Shown here piece by piece: positions 62,068 through 64,000 of a stretch of DNA of 64,000 bases. Made by a program: the position numbers and the translations under genes. The DNA is from Pseudomonadota bacterium. Its GTDB lineage: Bacteria > Pseudomonadota > Gammaproteobacteria > Burkholderiales > SG8-39. Where the stretch lies: the NCBI GenBank assembly GCA_018241645.1, contig JAFEDL010000062.1, forward strand, positions 1,112 to 65,111, given 5' to 3'. The notes below the pieces were generated by a model. The model was not told the DNA's origin. It was given only the letters and a program-made list of their open reading frames with translations, and made no database searches. How positions within the stretch are numbered: position 1 is the first letter of the stretch; every line of letters begins with the position of its first letter.

Positions 62068-63891
62068 ATGCCCCGTGACCGACAGCGCGATCAGCGCCCC
62101 TTCCTCCGCCCCGTGCTCTTCCGACTCTTCCACGATTTTCGCGCCCCCCCGCAGCCTGCCCTGAGGCTCGCCGTGGCGGCGCTCGCCTTCGCATTTGCCT
62201 CGGCCGCGTTCGGGCAGGCCAAACCCGGCGACGACGACGATGACGACGACGCGCCGCCCGCCGCAAGCCCGCCCGCCGCGCAAAAGAAGGACGAAGTCGT
62301 CCTTCCCAAGCAGGAGCTGACCGAGCCGATCCTGCTCGGACTGCTGGTTGCCGAGATTGCCGCGCAGAGGAACAGCGCGGGTTTTTCGGCGCAGACCTAC
62401 GTGGACCTGGCCCGGCGTACCCGCGATCCGCGAGTGGCCCGGCGCGCGGCCGAGGTCGCGACTTTTGCGCGCCAGCCCGGGCTCGCGCTCGAAGCCGCGA
62501 AGATCTGGTACGAGACCGAGCCCGGCTCCGCGCAGGCACTGCAGACCCTCAGCGGGCTGCTCATCGGCGCCCGGCGCGTCGACGAGGCGGAGCCCTACCT
62601 GGAAAAGCTGTTCGCCGGCGACCCCGTGTCGGCGACGAACGGGTTCATGCAGATCAACCGGTTCCTGTCGCCCAACCCGGACCGGGCGGCCAACCTTGCG
62701 ACCGTGCGCAAGCTCGCGTCCCGCTACCCGGACCTGCCCCAGGCGCACTTCGCGGTCGCCCAGGCCGCGGCCGCGATCAACGACGACGCGCTGGCGATCG
62801 CCGAGATCCGCCGCGCAGGGGAACTGCGCCCCGACTGGGACCTTGCGGCGATCTTCGAGGCGCAGTTGCTGCAGGCCAAGGCGCCTGCGGAGGCCCAGGC
62901 GCGGCTGGCCGGCTACCTGCAGAAGTATCCCGGGTCGCGCGAGGCCGGCCTGAACTACGCCCGGCTGCTGGTGCTCGACAAGAAGCTCCCCGAGGCGCGC
63001 GACCAGTTCAAGTCGCTGCTCGCGGCCTTCCCGGACAACACCGACGTGCTGTACGCGGTCGGCCTGCTCTCGGTGCAGCTCAAGGACTATGACGCCGGCG
63101 AGGCCTACCTTGCCCGCCTGCTGCAGACGCGCTTTCGCGACAAGAACGGCGTGCGCTACACGCTGGGCCAGCTCGCGGAAGAGAGGAAGGACTATCCCGG
63201 GGCGCTCAAGTGGTATGCGCAGATCGAGTCGGGCGAGCAGTACATCCCTGCGCGCGTGCGCTACGCGGTGATCCTGTCCAAGCAGGGCAAGCTGCAGGAG
63301 GCGCGCGAATACCTGCACAAGGTGGACGCCGGCGACCAGCAGGTGCAGATGCTGATCGCCGAGGCGCAGCTGCTGCGCGATGCCAACCAGAACGCCGAGG
63401 CGTTCAAGGTGCTCGACAAGGGCCTGCAGGCGCAGCCCGACCAGCCGGACCTGCTCTACGACCATGCGCTGACCGCGGAGAAGCTCGAACGCTACGACAT
63501 CCTCGAGTCCAACCTGACCCGGCTCATCAAGATCAGGCCCGACCACGCGCATGCCTACAACGCGCTCGGCTATTCGTACGCGGAGCGCAACGTGCGGCTC
63601 GACGAGGCCAAGAAGCTGATCGAGAAGGCCATGCTGCTCGCGCCCGAGGACCTGTTCATCGTCGACAGCATGGGCTGGACCTACTATCGGATGGGCGAAT
63701 ACCCGCGCGCCATCGAATACCTGCGCCGCGCCTGGACCGGGCGGCCGGACGGGGAGATCGGCGCGCACCTGGGCGAAGTGCTGTGGGTGACCGGCGAGCG
63801 CGCCGAGGCCGAGCGCATCTGGCAGGAAGCCGTGAAGAATTCGCCCGACAACGAGGCGCTGCAGAAGACCATCAAGCGCTTCAAGCCCTGA
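62068..63891 (+). CDS. tetratricopeptide repeat protein with N-terminal poly-Asp tract
   Basis: ORF 62041..63891 trimmed to ATG 62068. Signal-like [18 protein letters not shown], then [11 protein letters not shown], then many TPR-like helices. Sits between mutM and a likely lolB. Confidence 0.8.
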   Translation: MPRDRQRDQRPFLRPVLFRLFHDFRAPPQPALRLAVAALAFAFASAAFGQAKPGDDDDDDDAPPAASPPAAQKKDEVVLPKQELTEPILLGLLVAEIAAQRNSAGFSAQTYVDLARRTRDPRVARRAAEVATFARQPGLALEAAKIWYETEPGSAQALQTLSGLLIGARRVDEAEPYLEKLFAGDPVSATNGFMQINRFLSPNPDRAANLATVRKLASRYPDLPQAHFAVAQAAAAINDDALAIAEIRRAGELRPDWDLAAIFEAQLLQAKAPAEAQARLAGYLQKYPGSREAGLNYARLLVLDKKLPEARDQFKSLLAAFPDNTDVLYAVGLLSVQLKDYDAGEAYLARLLQTRFRDKNGVRYTLGQLAEERKDYPGALKWYAQIESGEQYIPARVRYAVILSKQGKLQEAREYLHKVDAGDQQVQMLIAEAQLLRDANQNAEAFKVLDKGLQAQPDQPDLLYDHALTAEKLERYDILESNLTRLIKIRPDHAHAYNALGYSYAERNVRLDEAKKLIEKAMLLAPEDLFIVDSMGWTYYRMGEYPRAIEYLRRAWTGRPDGEIGAHLGEVLWVTGERAEAERIWQEAVKNSPDNEALQKTIKRFKP

Positions 63892-63913
63892 CGCGCCCGC
63901 GCGTCCCCCGTCC

Positions 63914-64000
63914 GTGAATCCCTGCGCCCGCGCCTTCGCACTCCTTGCGGTGCTTGCCCTGGCCGCCTGCGCCGAGCTCCAGCGCGCCGGTCCGCAGGAA
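63914..64000 (+). CDS. lipoprotein, 5' fragment (likely outer-membrane lipoprotein LolB by position)
   Basis: My translation from GTG 63914 gives (M)[28 protein letters not shown], with lipobox LAAC. The identity is inferred only from the usual TPR-lolB-ispE gene order. Confidence 0.4.
   Translation, partial: MNPCARAFALLAVLALAACAELQRAGPQE

Noticed and set aside
61948-63768. Upstream 600 codons of the 876-aa minus ORF that ends as mutM.
   Set aside because: Only the last 269 codons (from ATG 61947, MPELPEVE) are Fpg. The remainder is antisense to the TPR gene with no protein-like features. The same reasoning trims 26468..28777 to the FecR-like gene, 39759..41630 to grxC, and 18336..20129 to metK.

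Overview
High-GC (roughly 68-70% by eye) chromosomal segment that looks betaproteobacterial, order Burkholderiales. This placement is an inference from many Bug/TctC paralogues and from gene orders: SAH-riboswitch-ahcY-metF, metK next to two lpxL-type genes, dapF-DUF484-xerC, rhodanese-grxC-secB-gpsA, ftsYEX-rpoH, and a complete aa3 cytochrome oxidase biogenesis cluster. The window is densely coding, with about 75 protein genes and many 4-nt ATGA/GTGA start-stop overlaps. I found no rRNA, tRNA, CRISPR array, transposase or prophage gene. Most of the content is ordinary core metabolism. Layout: 1-8.5 kb, an IclR-associated catabolic cluster with four orphan TctC binding proteins. 8.6-13.3 kb, a class-V aminotransferase plus a TRAP transporter. 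13.3-19.5 kb, methyl-cycle genes (metF, ahcY with an SAH riboswitch, metK). 19.6-26.5 kb, lipid A acyltransferases followed by a seven-gene translationally coupled chain. 26.5-31.8 kb, a putative metal-acquisition cluster. 31.8-47 kb, heat-shock, cell-envelope and housekeeping genes. 47.2-56.5 kb, the cytochrome oxidase cluster. 56.5-64 kb, rpoH, ftsYEX, rsmD, coaD, mutM, a TPR protein and the start of a likely lolB. I see no clear-cut defence or mobile system. The two best candidates for something undescribed are these. (1) A Cro/YdaS-type HTH is fused in frame to a complete class-V aminotransferase, behind a leaderless-type promoter (8635-10166). (2) A metal-uptake-like cluster (27269-31792) combines a COG0523 GTPase, a small secreted protein, a coiled-coil outer-membrane barrel, a ZnuA-like binding protein and a ZnuB-like permease. 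That cluster has no ABC ATPase gene, and the permease's cytoplasmic coupling loop appears shortened. Secondary observations: a recurrent TAGAAT-(5-7 nt)-ATG architecture without a Shine-Dalgarno sequence, a pseudoknot-capable metK leader, a bioC-like gene lacking a canonical start codon at its conserved N-terminus, and sigma32 and sigmaE-type promoters. All functional calls rest on my reading of the translated ORFs and motif memory. No database search was run.
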